From Candidatus Binatia bacterium (GTDB taxonomy: Bacteria; Desulfobacterota; Binatia; Bin18): a stretch of 64,000 bases of DNA. The notes beneath the pieces are model-generated. The model searched no databases, was not told the DNA's origin, and worked only from the letters and a program-made list of their open reading frames with translations. Location: assembly GCA_963664395.2 (NCBI GenBank), contig OY761159.2, positions 4,616,280 to 4,680,279 of the forward strand, in the 5' to 3' direction. A program made the position numbers and the translations under genes. Of the stretch, positions 47,182-56,774 are shown piece after piece (the stretch's first letter is position 1; each line of letters begins with the position of its first letter).

Positions 47182-49254
47182 ATGTCTACCACGTTGGAAA
47201 AAACTCGAAACATCGGCATCGTTGCTCACGTTGATAGCGGCAAAACGACAGTGAGCGAACGTGTCCTGTATTATACGGGCCTCTCGCACAAGATTGGTGA
47301 GGTGCACGAAGGGACTGCCGTCACCGACTGGATGCCCCAGGAACGTGAGCGGGGCATCACCATTACGGCGGCGGCAATTACTTGTGAATGGGACAACCAT
47401 CAGATCAATATTATCGATACGCCAGGCCATGTAGATTTTACCACCGAGGTTGAGCGGAGCTTGCGCGTCTTGGATGGCGCCATTGTCGTCTTCTGTGGAG
47501 TTGGCGGCGTCGAACCACAGTCGGAGACCGTGTGGCGCCAAGCGGACAAATACGGCGTGCCACGCATTGTCTTTATCAATAAGCTGGATCGCATAGGGGC
47601 AGACTTTCACGCTGTGGTCGATCAAATTAAGAATCGATTGGGCGCGAATCCTTTGATTCTACAACTTCCGATCGGCACGGAAGATGAGATGACGGGTGTG
47701 ATCGATCTGATTCGTCAGAAGGCCCTCGTATGGGAAGAAGACACGCTTGGAGCGCAGTTTCACGAAGAGGAGATTCCGACAAAGCTCCAAGCAGATGCGG
47801 CGAGATTCCATGAGCTGCTGGTTGAAAGCGTGGCTGATGCCGATGATGCGTTATTAGAGAAATATCTGGGCGGTGCATCCCTGACGGAGAAGGAAATTAC
47901 GACCGCGGTGCGCTTAAAGACGCAGTCGCTGGCAGTCTTCCCCGTCCTGTGCGGAACCGCTCTCCGCAACAAGGGGATTCAGCCGCTACTCGATGCCGTT
48001 GTCGACTATCTCCCCCCTCCGGTACGACCAGTGACGGGGCAAACGCTCGCAGGAAAAGAACATACCTGGCAGGTCGATGATGACATCCTGGCCGGCTTGG
48101 CTTTTAAGACCATGCACGACCCCTACTCTGGCCAACTGACTTTTGTACGTTTGTACAGCGGGGAGTTGAAAACCGGCACTGCAATTTTTAACCCACGGAC
48201 CGAACGAGGTGAACGCATTGGCCGCCTTGTCCGTATGCACGCCGATAAAAAGGAAGACTTGGAAAGTGCCGCGGCGGGAGACATCATCGCTATCGTAGGC
48301 TTAAAGAATTTTACCACCGGTGACACCATCTCGACCAAGCAGCATCCCGTTTTGCTTGAATCGATTTCATTCAAGGAACCGGTTATCTCGGTCGCGATTG
48401 AGCCCAAAACCAAGATCGATTCTGAAAAGCTGGGGCTCGCACTCCAACGCTTATCCTCCGAAGACCCAACCCTTGTGATTCAAACGAATAGAGAGACCGG
48501 TCAAACTATTCTGTCTGGCATGGGAGAGCTGCACCTCGAAGTGATTCTGGATCGGCTCGCGCGGGAATTCAAAGTCGAAGTGAACACGGGCACGCCGCAG
48601 GTCTCCTATCGCGAAACCATTACACGCGGAGCAGAAGCCGAAGGGCGCTATGTTCGACAAACGGGTGGTCGAGGTCAGTTTGGCCATGTCTTCCTCAAGA
48701 TCGAACCCAATGACAACGAAGGCTTGGTCTTTGTCAACGGTATTAAAAGCGGAGCAATTCCCCGAGAGTATATCTCCTCGGTCGAAAAGGGCATTCGTGG
48801 AGCCGCAGAGAACGGGGTGACCTACGGCTATCCCCTCCTCAACACGACCGTCACCTTATATGATGGCAACTACCACGAAGTTGACTCGTCAGAGATGGCT
48901 TTCCACATGGCGGGCTCCATAGGGTTCAAAGCAGCCGTGCATAAAGCCAAACCCATTTTGTTGGAACCCATGATGGAAGTCGAAGTGGTCATGCCTGAGG
49001 GCTATATGGGAACGGCCATGGGTGACTTGCAGGCCCGCCGCGGCAAAGTAACAGAACTCGGCGAGCGGGGCGGGGGCCAGCGCACCGTGACCGCGCACGT
49101 CCCGCTGGCGACGATGTTCGGTTATGCCACAGCCATTCGGTCACTCACCCAAGGGCGAGCGACCTACACCATGGAGTTCGACCACTATGGTAAAGTTCCT
49201 GCCAGCGTCATAGACGAGGCGCTCGGCCGAAAAAAGGAACTTGAAGTCGGGTAA
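47182..49254 (+). CDS. fusA: Elongation factor G family GTPase (stand-alone copy, not in a str operon)
   Basis: [26 protein letters not shown], and domains II-V. Start at MSTTLEK with GGGAGAAG upstream. Confidence 0.92.
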   Translation: MSTTLEKTRNIGIVAHVDSGKTTVSERVLYYTGLSHKIGEVHEGTAVTDWMPQERERGITITAAAITCEWDNHQINIIDTPGHVDFTTEVERSLRVLDGAIVVFCGVGGVEPQSETVWRQADKYGVPRIVFINKLDRIGADFHAVVDQIKNRLGANPLILQLPIGTEDEMTGVIDLIRQKALVWEEDTLGAQFHEEEIPTKLQADAARFHELLVESVADADDALLEKYLGGASLTEKEITTAVRLKTQSLAVFPVLCGTALRNKGIQPLLDAVVDYLPPPVRPVTGQTLAGKEHTWQVDDDILAGLAFKTMHDPYSGQLTFVRLYSGELKTGTAIFNPRTERGERIGRLVRMHADKKEDLESAAAGDIIAIVGLKNFTTGDTISTKQHPVLLESISFKEPVISVAIEPKTKIDSEKLGLALQRLSSEDPTLVIQTNRETGQTILSGMGELHLEVILDRLAREFKVEVNTGTPQVSYRETITRGAEAEGRYVRQTGGRGQFGHVFLKIEPNDNEGLVFVNGIKSGAIPREYISSVEKGIRGAAENGVTYGYPLLNTTVTLYDGNYHEVDSSEMAFHMAGSIGFKAAVHKAKPILLEPMMEVEVVMPEGYMGTAMGDLQARRGKVTELGERGGGQRTVTAHVPLATMFGYATAIRSLTQGRATYTMEFDHYGKVPASVIDEALGRKKELEVG

Positions 49255-49341
49255 GAGGCTCCCCTCGCCGCCCCGTGGCACCCCTCCGAGCAGGGGAGTA
49301 TGTTGCGAGATAGTAACCCTTCGCCTACAATCTGCCCGCAT

Positions 49342-49426
49342 GCCGGAGTGGTGGAACTGGTAGACACATGGGACTTAAAATCCCATGGGGCATTGCCCCG
49401 TGCGGGTTCAAGCCCCGCCTCCGGCA
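49342..49426 (+). tRNA. tRNA-Leu (anticodon UAA), long variable arm, CCA not encoded
   Basis: Folded by hand. Acceptor GCCGGAG/CTCCGGC, D-arm GUG..CAC with GG, anticodon stem UGGGA/UCCCA with loop CUUAAAA, a 16-nt variable arm, T-arm GCGGG-TTCAAGC-CCCGC, and discriminator A. Confidence 0.9.
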
Positions 49427-49445
49427 GTGCAAAAACAGATATTTC

Positions 49446-49488
49446 GGCGCTTCTGGCGACTTTCTTAGCCGGAGCGCCTTTCTTCTTT
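49446..49488 (+). terminator. Hairpin plus T-rich tail downstream of tRNA-Leu
   Basis: GGCGCTTC ... GGAGCGCC (8 bp with one G-U), followed by TTTCTTCTTT. Confidence 0.45.
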
Positions 49489-49624
49489 GTAGGAACGTCA
49501 TGGAAAGATTTCCGCTCCTCGGCTTCCCCTGTCATTCACAACGTCCGCACCACCTACTTCACCTCGCCGATAATCTCCGTATCTGCTCTCCAGCCACCGA
49601 TACGCTAGAGCCTCTTCAGCCAGC

Positions 49625-50704
49625 CTAGTATTTCGCGATTACCTGTTCGGCAAAGTCTTTGTAGACCTCACGACTTGTTTTCAGCGGCGGCAGAAGAGAA
49701 ATTTCTCCAAGTCCGCCCTGCTCCGCCCGGCGGATATCAGCGATCAGTTCATCCGGTTCGCCGACCATGCACGATCCCTTGATCGTTTTCGGTGTAATGA
49801 ATTTTCGTTCCTCAGGGACATGATAGGTGCAGTGCCCATCATGGATCTGCAGATAGCGTTTCGCCTGAGGCGTTGCCATATTCTCTACCTGGTCACGATA
49901 CTCTTCCCAGACATCCTGGAACGCTTCGGGCACGCCGCTCTCATCCCCCGTTTGTTCATAAATTTCATACACAAAATGCAGGGCACAGGTGACCCAGGAG
50001 CCGCAGGCTTCAATCACACGATCGGAGGTTAAATCTTCTCCTGGTTTCAACACAACCGCATTTGTCAGGGCAGTCGTATGAAAATTCTCAGGCAATGTCC
50101 GCCCGGCTCGCTTGGCCCCGGCTTGCACCCGGCTTACATTCGCCTGTAATACCTCAGCCTGTTCGTTGAACAGCGAAACCAGTCCATCGCCAAACTCTCC
50201 CGCGGTTCGGAGAGCCAGCGGTCCATTGGCCGCAACGTAGATGGGAATCGGCTGTTCCAGGTCGATGAATTTAAGCTCTTGGTGCAAGAACTTGATCGTC
50301 CGTGTCGTTCCATTCAGTGTGTACTCAACCTCTTCACCACGCAGCAGCGTGCGGACCACCCGCAGGTATTCTCGAAAATCCCTGACCTTCATAGGCTGCA
50401 TGCCCATGACCCGCATGGCGGTATGACCAGTCCCAATGCCAAGGAAGACCCGCCCAGGAGCGATACGGTTAATCGAGGCAATGGAATGCGCGGTCACCGG
50501 GGCAATGCGTGTCCCAGGAATGGCGACCCCGGTGCCAAGACGAATGCGCGAGGTGTTCTGAGCGGCCAGCGCCAAGGTCGCATAACAGTCCGACCAGATC
50601 ATCTGAGAGTCAGGCACCCAAGCTGCGTCAAAGCCTAAATCCTCAACATATTTGAAGACTTCCCAGTTATCGATTTTGGTATGGGCGGTGATACTGAATT
50701 GCAT
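49625..50704 (-). CDS. LLM-class (luciferase-like) flavin/F420-dependent oxidoreductase
   Basis: VPDSQMIWSDCY...RIAPVTA...GIGTGHTAMR. Clearly a paralogue of 10699..11754. Confidence 0.85.
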   Translation of the reverse strand: MQFSITAHTKIDNWEVFKYVEDLGFDAAWVPDSQMIWSDCYATLALAAQNTSRIRLGTGVAIPGTRIAPVTAHSIASINRIAPGRVFLGIGTGHTAMRVMGMQPMKVRDFREYLRVVRTLLRGEEVEYTLNGTTRTIKFLHQELKFIDLEQPIPIYVAANGPLALRTAGEFGDGLVSLFNEQAEVLQANVSRVQAGAKRAGRTLPENFHTTALTNAVVLKPGEDLTSDRVIEACGSWVTCALHFVYEIYEQTGDESGVPEAFQDVWEEYRDQVENMATPQAKRYLQIHDGHCTYHVPEERKFITPKTIKGSCMVGEPDELIADIRRAEQGGLGEISLLPPLKTSREVYKDFAEQVIAKY

Positions 50705-50906
50705 ACGACTCCTCCTCGTGATGGTTATTGGAGTGTCTCTATATCATCCATCGCTCACAATTTTCAGCCCACCTTTGACTCGCCTATTCTCTCACTTTAA
50801 GGTGGGGGAGACGCTATACTCCAGACTGTCCCATCTTCTGCGGCAGCGTTTTTGAGAGGCTTGGTTTGGCATTCATCCGTGCTCCTCAGCACGGCACTCC
50901 TATCTC

Positions 50907-52175
50907 ATGTTGTACCTATCGCATTGCTGTTCGATTTTCTTTCTGTATGCGGCCACTATCGGTATCTTCAGCGCTTGCAGCACCAGGCAAAGGGACACCC
51001 GCCTCGGCACGGAGCCCTTTCCGGTTGTAGCCCAGCCGGGCGCTCCATCTTCACCGCCGGCGCAACCGGAAATGAGCCTGACATCCGACCCGGAGGCAGA
51101 ACTGGCCTGGGAATTTTTGGCGGGCGTCGATGAGACAGGCATCATCCCTCATCCTCCAGTGGCCCCGCCCGTTCAGCCTGAGCCCACCGCCTCTCAGCCG
51201 GATGAAGAACTCAATGAAGAACTCAATGAGGAACTCAATGAGGAACTCCCCCCCCTCCTAGCGCTCGGTCCCCCTCAAGAAGAAAAAGCCTCGGGCTGGC
51301 TGGCTTGGGTGCCGGACTTGTCTCCGGACGAGTCCGGCACAAATGGAAATGCGCAGTACCGGACCGAGCAAGACCTCCTCAAGGTTGTCGCCGAGTTTCA
51401 GCGCGTGGCGGCAAAAGATACCTACCGCTTTCCTTTACCCAAAGATGTGACCGGAGCCAATGTGCATAAGGCGACACTCACCCGCATCCATGATTATGAA
51501 ACCAAACATCCGGGTGCCTATTCCGAGATTATCGCCTTCACCCGAGGGCGGGCCTATGAAGGGCTGCACGCCTATGAACGAGCCCTGGCCGAGTACCAAC
51601 GGGTAGCCCAAGGCAAAAGCCGACTCAAACACGAGGCCCGCCAAGCAGTCGAAGCGCTCACCGCCTTTCAGGCCCTCGCGCAACAGGTACCGACAGCCAC
51701 AACCGTGGGTGAGTATGTTCAGGCGCTTGACGAACACGGGCAGCGCTGGAGGGGCTTAGCCCAGCAGTATCAGAACACGCCCTATAGCGCCCTGGCGCGC
51801 GAAGAAGAGGAACGTCTTGACCAGGCGAAAATCGCCTTCTTTGCAATCAACCGCTACCGGATTGAGGATGGTAACGAGAGCGTTCTCTTGGCCTACCAAC
51901 AGTTACTTGATAAACATCGGGAGAGCAAAAACCGCTATCGGTATCGGATGGAGCTAGGGGATTTCTATGTTACGCTCGCCCATGAGTATATTGCCCAGAA
52001 CGATCCTGAAAGCTTACGTTTCGATTCCGACATCTTTGAAGCATTGGGACAAGCGGCGCTCCACCATTACGCGAGGGTTGCCCAAGAGGACGGCATCATG
52101 GAAAAACTTGAAGCCAAGGGCAAACTCGAAGCGCTTGAAGCCTATATGGCCAAAGTCGGACGTTTAGGACGTTAA
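50907..52175 (+). CDS. Hypothetical lipoprotein, helical/TPR-like, with an (EELN)4 repeat
   Basis: N-terminal ...IGIFSAC lipobox-like cysteine, a Pro-rich linker, and a helical C-terminal 300 aa. No family recognised. Confidence 0.55.
   Translation: MLYLSHCCSIFFLYAATIGIFSACSTRQRDTRLGTEPFPVVAQPGAPSSPPAQPEMSLTSDPEAELAWEFLAGVDETGIIPHPPVAPPVQPEPTASQPDEELNEELNEELNEELPPLLALGPPQEEKASGWLAWVPDLSPDESGTNGNAQYRTEQDLLKVVAEFQRVAAKDTYRFPLPKDVTGANVHKATLTRIHDYETKHPGAYSEIIAFTRGRAYEGLHAYERALAEYQRVAQGKSRLKHEARQAVEALTAFQALAQQVPTATTVGEYVQALDEHGQRWRGLAQQYQNTPYSALAREEEERLDQAKIAFFAINRYRIEDGNESVLLAYQQLLDKHRESKNRYRYRMELGDFYVTLAHEYIAQNDPESLRFDSDIFEALGQAALHHYARVAQEDGIMEKLEAKGKLEALEAYMAKVGRLGR
51204..51248 (+). repeat. 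12-bp in-frame tandem repeat (GAAGAACTCAAT-like) x3.75
   Basis: Encodes EELNEELNEELNEEL. Read directly. Confidence 0.9.
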
Positions 52176-52196
52176 GCCGTGCAGAAAGAAAACGGC

Positions 52197-54236
52197 ATGT
52201 GGTATCGTTTCATCCCGCTGCTCCTGTGTTTCCAGCTCCTGCCTGCATCCCCACTGCACGCTCGGGATTTCGCAGATCCGCTAGCCCGGCGCGTGACTGA
52301 GTTTTTGCCGGCCTATACCCCCTTTGTGCCACCGCTGCCTCCGGAGCGATATTTTCCGGATGAGGTCGGAGAGTACGTTGCCGACGCGATTATTGATGGC
52401 TACCTCCAAGACCCGTCAGCATTACGAGGCAGGATAGCGCAACTGGAGCGGCAGGATGCGCAACTCTCAGCGCAAGGAGATGAAGCAACCGATGTCATTC
52501 CCCTGGTGTATGCCCTGCTGTATCGGTCAATAGAGCACAATGGGCAGGAGTATCTCCCACTTGTTGAACTGAACGCGACGCCGGATGAAATTCTCTCTCA
52601 GGCGGACCAACTCTACGCCTCGGAAAAGCGCTACCGTATGGCCCGGCTGTTCAATTGGGTACTCTCGACCTTTGACGTGGCACGGCTGTTTCTCGGCGCG
52701 CCGGCCAGTCCCAGTCCATACGCGGCTCAAGGCGTAGTCTCTTCAGTCGGCCAACAGTCCGGGCCAAGTCCACGAGAGCGAAAGGCATTGGCCCTGTATC
52801 GTCTTTTCCTCGAACAAGCCCCGAATGATCCGCGTGTCCCGGAAGTCGAAACAAAAATGGAGGCCCTCGACACGAAACGAAAAAAGGCTGCCGTCCAGGC
52901 TGAATTGGCCCGGGCTGAGCAAGCATTCTCTGAAGAAGACTATTGGAAGGCCAATTTTTATTATCAACTCACCCTTCTTGTTGATGAAAACGCCGAGGAA
53001 GCCAAAGCCGGCATCCAACAAGTCGAAGCCCGCCTGCAACACTATGCCGCTCTCAACGCGCACGACCTACCCCAAGACCCACTGGCTGGTGTGAAACAGG
53101 CGGAGTGGGAGCACAGTAAGGAAACCTTGACCTATATGCTGCCAGGGAGCGGGTTTGTCAAAGACAATATTGTTGTGGCCGGCCTCCAGATCGGTACGGA
53201 GGGGCTTGTCGGCGCGGCCACCTTTGGGGGGCTGACCATGATCCAGACCTTGGGGAAACTGTGGCACGTCATGACCGGACGGGCCGTCTCCCGGCAAGGG
53301 ATTATTACTGAGGGCGAAAAATACTTGCAGCAGACCCCCTCAGAGGAGCGCGCTCCGGAGATCTACCCCATCCTGGCCAAAGCCTATGCGAAGGAAGGCA
53401 AGGTTGAGAAAGCCGTTCGGTATTATGCCTTAGCCGGCATGGAAGAAGAGATTCCCACGCTCCAGGAAAACGCGGCAGAAGCGCTGCTCGACCAAGCCAA
53501 CGCAAGTACGCATCAAACGGAGAAACAAGCCTACCTGCGTCGCCTGCTGGAGAGCTATCCCAAGACTGATGCAGCAAAGAAAGCGGCTGAAGAATTTCAG
53601 AAGGGCAGGCGGCCTGAAAACCAGGGGCTACAGCTCAGTAAGATGTTCTTGCGCGACAATCCGGACCTGTTTGGCACTCAGGGCCTTGGACTCAAAAGGG
53701 AACTGTATGATGGCAACTGGCGTAATATCGAGCTCACGGACGACGGGATCATCCTCTCCCCCCATGGCGACGTGACACTGCTGTTAGAAAGCGACGATGG
53801 TCCTCGAACCAAGGTATACAGTGTGCCAACGGCGGCGTGGCAACAGTTCTGGCGCACGTTCCGAGAAAAGGGCTATGAAGACGCTCTCTATCGCGGAGAC
53901 CGAAAAATTGCCAAGCTCGTCCAGGGGGCGGAGCCAGCAGACATCAAACTCAAGAGCGAGTTTGAAAAAAATGATGAAGACGGCTGGCGCGTCCTGCCTC
54001 ATCTGACCGGGAGTATGGGAGAAGGGTTTGACGTACGAGGGACTCTACCCAAAGACATCCTCGGTACCCGCCTTGCGTTTGGGAGAGACCGGCTCAGTAG
54101 CTATATTGGCATTGAAGTTCCCATGCCGCTCGTACCGGTTGATTTTCTCCTCCTCGGTCGCGACGGCCTGCCCTCGCTCTACCCACGCATTCGTCTTCCG
54201 GATCAGCATATCAAGGACGAGGAGTTGTACCGGTAG
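52197..54236 (+). CDS. Hypothetical secreted/membrane-associated protein (about 680 aa)
   Basis: Signal peptide MWYRFIPLLLCFQLLPASPLHA (an alternative GTG lies at 52179, 3 nt after the upstream stop). Central hydrophobic segment IVVAGLQIGTEGLVGAATFGGLTMI. No family recognised. Confidence 0.6.
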   Translation: MWYRFIPLLLCFQLLPASPLHARDFADPLARRVTEFLPAYTPFVPPLPPERYFPDEVGEYVADAIIDGYLQDPSALRGRIAQLERQDAQLSAQGDEATDVIPLVYALLYRSIEHNGQEYLPLVELNATPDEILSQADQLYASEKRYRMARLFNWVLSTFDVARLFLGAPASPSPYAAQGVVSSVGQQSGPSPRERKALALYRLFLEQAPNDPRVPEVETKMEALDTKRKKAAVQAELARAEQAFSEEDYWKANFYYQLTLLVDENAEEAKAGIQQVEARLQHYAALNAHDLPQDPLAGVKQAEWEHSKETLTYMLPGSGFVKDNIVVAGLQIGTEGLVGAATFGGLTMIQTLGKLWHVMTGRAVSRQGIITEGEKYLQQTPSEERAPEIYPILAKAYAKEGKVEKAVRYYALAGMEEEIPTLQENAAEALLDQANASTHQTEKQAYLRRLLESYPKTDAAKKAAEEFQKGRRPENQGLQLSKMFLRDNPDLFGTQGLGLKRELYDGNWRNIELTDDGIILSPHGDVTLLLESDDGPRTKVYSVPTAAWQQFWRTFREKGYEDALYRGDRKIAKLVQGAEPADIKLKSEFEKNDEDGWRVLPHLTGSMGEGFDVRGTLPKDILGTRLAFGRDRLSSYIGIEVPMPLVPVDFLLLGRDGLPSLYPRIRLPDQHIKDEELYR

Positions 54237-54274
54237 TGCTCAGGCGTCGAAGCATACTTCTCATTCCGATTCTC

Positions 54275-55831
54275 TTATGCATTCGCGGCGTAGAAGATAA
54301 ATTCCACGTCCCCGATACGGACGTTCATGCCATCTCTGAGAAGATTTTCGGAAACCTTTTTCCCATTAATATGGATTCCGTTTTTGCTTTGCAAATCGAG
54401 CAGCACATAGCCCTGTTTGACTTTTTTTATTCGAGCATGTTCACGCGATATGGATGAGTGCAGAATAATTGCCTCACATTCTTCTCCACGCCCAAATGTC
54501 ATCCCATCACGGGAAAACGCAATTTCGCGGGGCACTTCTTCAAATGGACTTTGGCGAACAAGGCGGGCGTACGGAGCGGATGTCCCGGGCACGACAGCAG
54601 CTGAGCTTTGATTCATGGAACTGGGGCCACCGGTTGCCGTCTTCAGCATACTCAGCACTTCGGCCGGAAGCTCAGGAATCTGATTGAGGCGAACACGCGC
54701 CAGTAAAATCAGTCCGCCAGCGGCTAGGAGTAGAATCACCCCATTCCACACCCCATAGACAACGACGGCTTGCGGGGTGGTTGCGCCAGGTCCTGAGCTG
54801 GTCGTAACGACTCGTGCGCCACCAATACCACGCACCTGGTAGGAAATACGCGCCTCCCCTTCCCCGTTCGGATGCTGAATGGTAAGCGCGACCTCACGTT
54901 CTGCCCCATCCTCGACCGGGCGTGGGCTGGTATACGTCAGGAAGTATTGCGACGCGAGCGAGCGGCCGATCTCACTAATCAGCTCAGGAAATCGTTCACC
55001 CTCACTGACAATATTATAGTGTCGCCCAGCGCTCTCCTTTGCGATCATATGCAGGTCGGGAGCCATAAAGGGCGGCGGAGAGATAGCAAAGACATTCAGA
55101 TTCGCCTTTTTAATCTCTGCCAATACCTCCGCGCCCGACACTTGCGTGACTTCCCGACCGTAGAGATTATTTTTTTCCGAGCCATCCCCGCGCGTATGAT
55201 TCGGTGCGTCGGTAATCAGGATGAGGACAGCCTGGGCGTCAGGCCGAAACGGAAAGCTGCAGGCCAGTAACATCGCATCGAGTGAGTTCTCCGGAATATC
55301 GCCTCCGCCTGCCGGACGCAGAGCGCCAACCCAGCTTTTGAACTCCCGGGCGCTCCGGGTAAACGCCCGCTCGTCCCGAATAACATAATCTTCAAAGGTC
55401 ACTAAACCTAAACGATAATCCCGGTTGGCCTTGGACAGGCGGTCGGCAAAATCGATGGTGGCTTCTTTCATGCCGTCAATGAACGGCCCCATGCTTTCCG
55501 TTACATCGAAGACTACTACGATATCGACAGGCCGGCCCTGCTGTTCCCCTCGGAAATCAATGATCTTGGCGTCCGTACCGTCCTCTTGCACTGTCACGTG
55601 CTCTGGCGTGAGTTGTCCGACCGGCTGCCCACGTAAATCAGTCGCATTGAAATACAGACCAACGGCACCGCCGTTAGTAAAATTCTCCAATTGGGGATTG
55701 GTGACAGATACGACCACTGAATCTGACGCAGAGACACTCTTCGTAAAAAACGAGAAGAAGGCCAGGCAATATATGAGCACCAGCACAGCGCTGGGATAGC
55801 TCTGCTGAGCGAGACGGTCATCCAGTCTCAC
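54275..55831 (-). CDS. Membrane protein: N-terminal anchor, vWA domain, TM helix, C-terminal FHA domain
   Basis: MIDAS VVVFDVTES, TM VWNGVILLLAAGGLILLARV, and FHA ...MTFGRGEECEAIILHSSISREHARIKK...NGIHINGKKV. GTG start at 55831, just after the upstream stop. The alternative ATG at 55906 would overlap the upstream gene. Confidence 0.8.
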   Translation of the reverse strand: MRLDDRLAQQSYPSAVLVLIYCLAFFSFFTKSVSASDSVVVSVTNPQLENFTNGGAVGLYFNATDLRGQPVGQLTPEHVTVQEDGTDAKIIDFRGEQQGRPVDIVVVFDVTESMGPFIDGMKEATIDFADRLSKANRDYRLGLVTFEDYVIRDERAFTRSAREFKSWVGALRPAGGGDIPENSLDAMLLACSFPFRPDAQAVLILITDAPNHTRGDGSEKNNLYGREVTQVSGAEVLAEIKKANLNVFAISPPPFMAPDLHMIAKESAGRHYNIVSEGERFPELISEIGRSLASQYFLTYTSPRPVEDGAEREVALTIQHPNGEGEARISYQVRGIGGARVVTTSSGPGATTPQAVVVYGVWNGVILLLAAGGLILLARVRLNQIPELPAEVLSMLKTATGGPSSMNQSSAAVVPGTSAPYARLVRQSPFEEVPREIAFSRDGMTFGRGEECEAIILHSSISREHARIKKVKQGYVLLDLQSKNGIHINGKKVSENLLRDGMNVRIGDVEFIFYAANA

Positions 55832-55841
55832 GGCAATCCCC

Positions 55842-56774
55842 CTATTCCTTCCCTGCCCGCTCTCGAAAGAGGAGTAGAGTTCCACCGACTTCAATCCGAT
55901 CGCCATTTTTAAGCTGGACTGATTGGGCAATCGGGGTCCGGTTGACGCTGACCTGCCCTTCGTTTTTGGCAAGCACAAATGTATGCTTGTGTTTCTCGAC
56001 CACGGCATGAAGATTGGCAATGGAACGGTCGCCAAACAGACCGACATCGCTTTCTTCGGCTCGGCCTATTGTGGTTTTGGGCTTAGTCAGATGATATTCA
56101 CGGCCTTCACGGACATTGCGGCTCTGCGAGCGAATCACCATAAACCAGCCGCGCTTAAACATCTCACTGACCAAGCCTATCCAGAGACCGATCATCGCTC
56201 CCAACAGGGCAAATGCAACCCCACGGCCGGCGGTCTGCGATAGCAGGGTGGTGACAATCTGAAAGAGCGCTCCGCCGATCGCCCCGCCGATGCATCCGCC
56301 AATCGCCCCATTGCGTAAACGGACCAGCGACTGGCCGACCCAGCCCGCTCCGAGCCCAACTGCGAGTCCAAAGAGTCCCCAGCCTATAGTGCGTCCGCCA
56401 AGACCACCAAACAGGCCAAACACCAGCTCTCCCATCAGAAGACCAACAGCACCACCCGCCAGACCGGCCAGCCCACCCAGCTTCACGCCTTGCCACGTCT
56501 TGTTCTTATGACCCGCACTGAGTCCTTCAATGGCACCGATGAAAGCGCCCACACAAATTCCAGTCACGGCGCCCAAGGCAATGGCCCGGAGATGGATATT
56601 TCCAACCGCGGCCAAAGGGTCAGCCGCGGCCCATCCAGCGATGCCACCCAGGAGCCCGGCCCCGCTATAGAGGACAAGTCGTTCGCGTGAAAGTTCCATA
56701 CTACTCCGCTGCTCAATGCACCACGTGTATGTACAGACAGCCGTCATGATACGGCCTAGAGTTGCAGTGACCAA
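55842..56774 (-). CDS. Polytopic glycine-zipper membrane protein with a C-terminal FHA domain
   Basis: About six Gly-rich hydrophobic helices (GGLAGLAGGAVGLLMGELVFGLFGGLGG...), then the FHA region TTIGRAEESDVGLFGDRSIANLHAVV...NRTPI. The start is uncertain (ATGs at 56774, 56747 and 56699). Confidence 0.75.
   Translation of the reverse strand: MVTATLGRIMTAVCTYTWCIEQRSSMELSRERLVLYSGAGLLGGIAGWAAADPLAAVGNIHLRAIALGAVTGICVGAFIGAIEGLSAGHKNKTWQGVKLGGLAGLAGGAVGLLMGELVFGLFGGLGGRTIGWGLFGLAVGLGAGWVGQSLVRLRNGAIGGCIGGAIGGALFQIVTTLLSQTAGRGVAFALLGAMIGLWIGLVSEMFKRGWFMVIRSQSRNVREGREYHLTKPKTTIGRAEESDVGLFGDRSIANLHAVVEKHKHTFVLAKNEGQVSVNRTPIAQSVQLKNGDRIEVGGTLLLFRERAGKE

Noticed and set aside
49342-50906. tRNA-Leu as the attachment site of an integrated element
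   Set aside because: There is no integrase, no phage or transposon gene, and no obvious direct repeat of the tRNA 3' end downstream.
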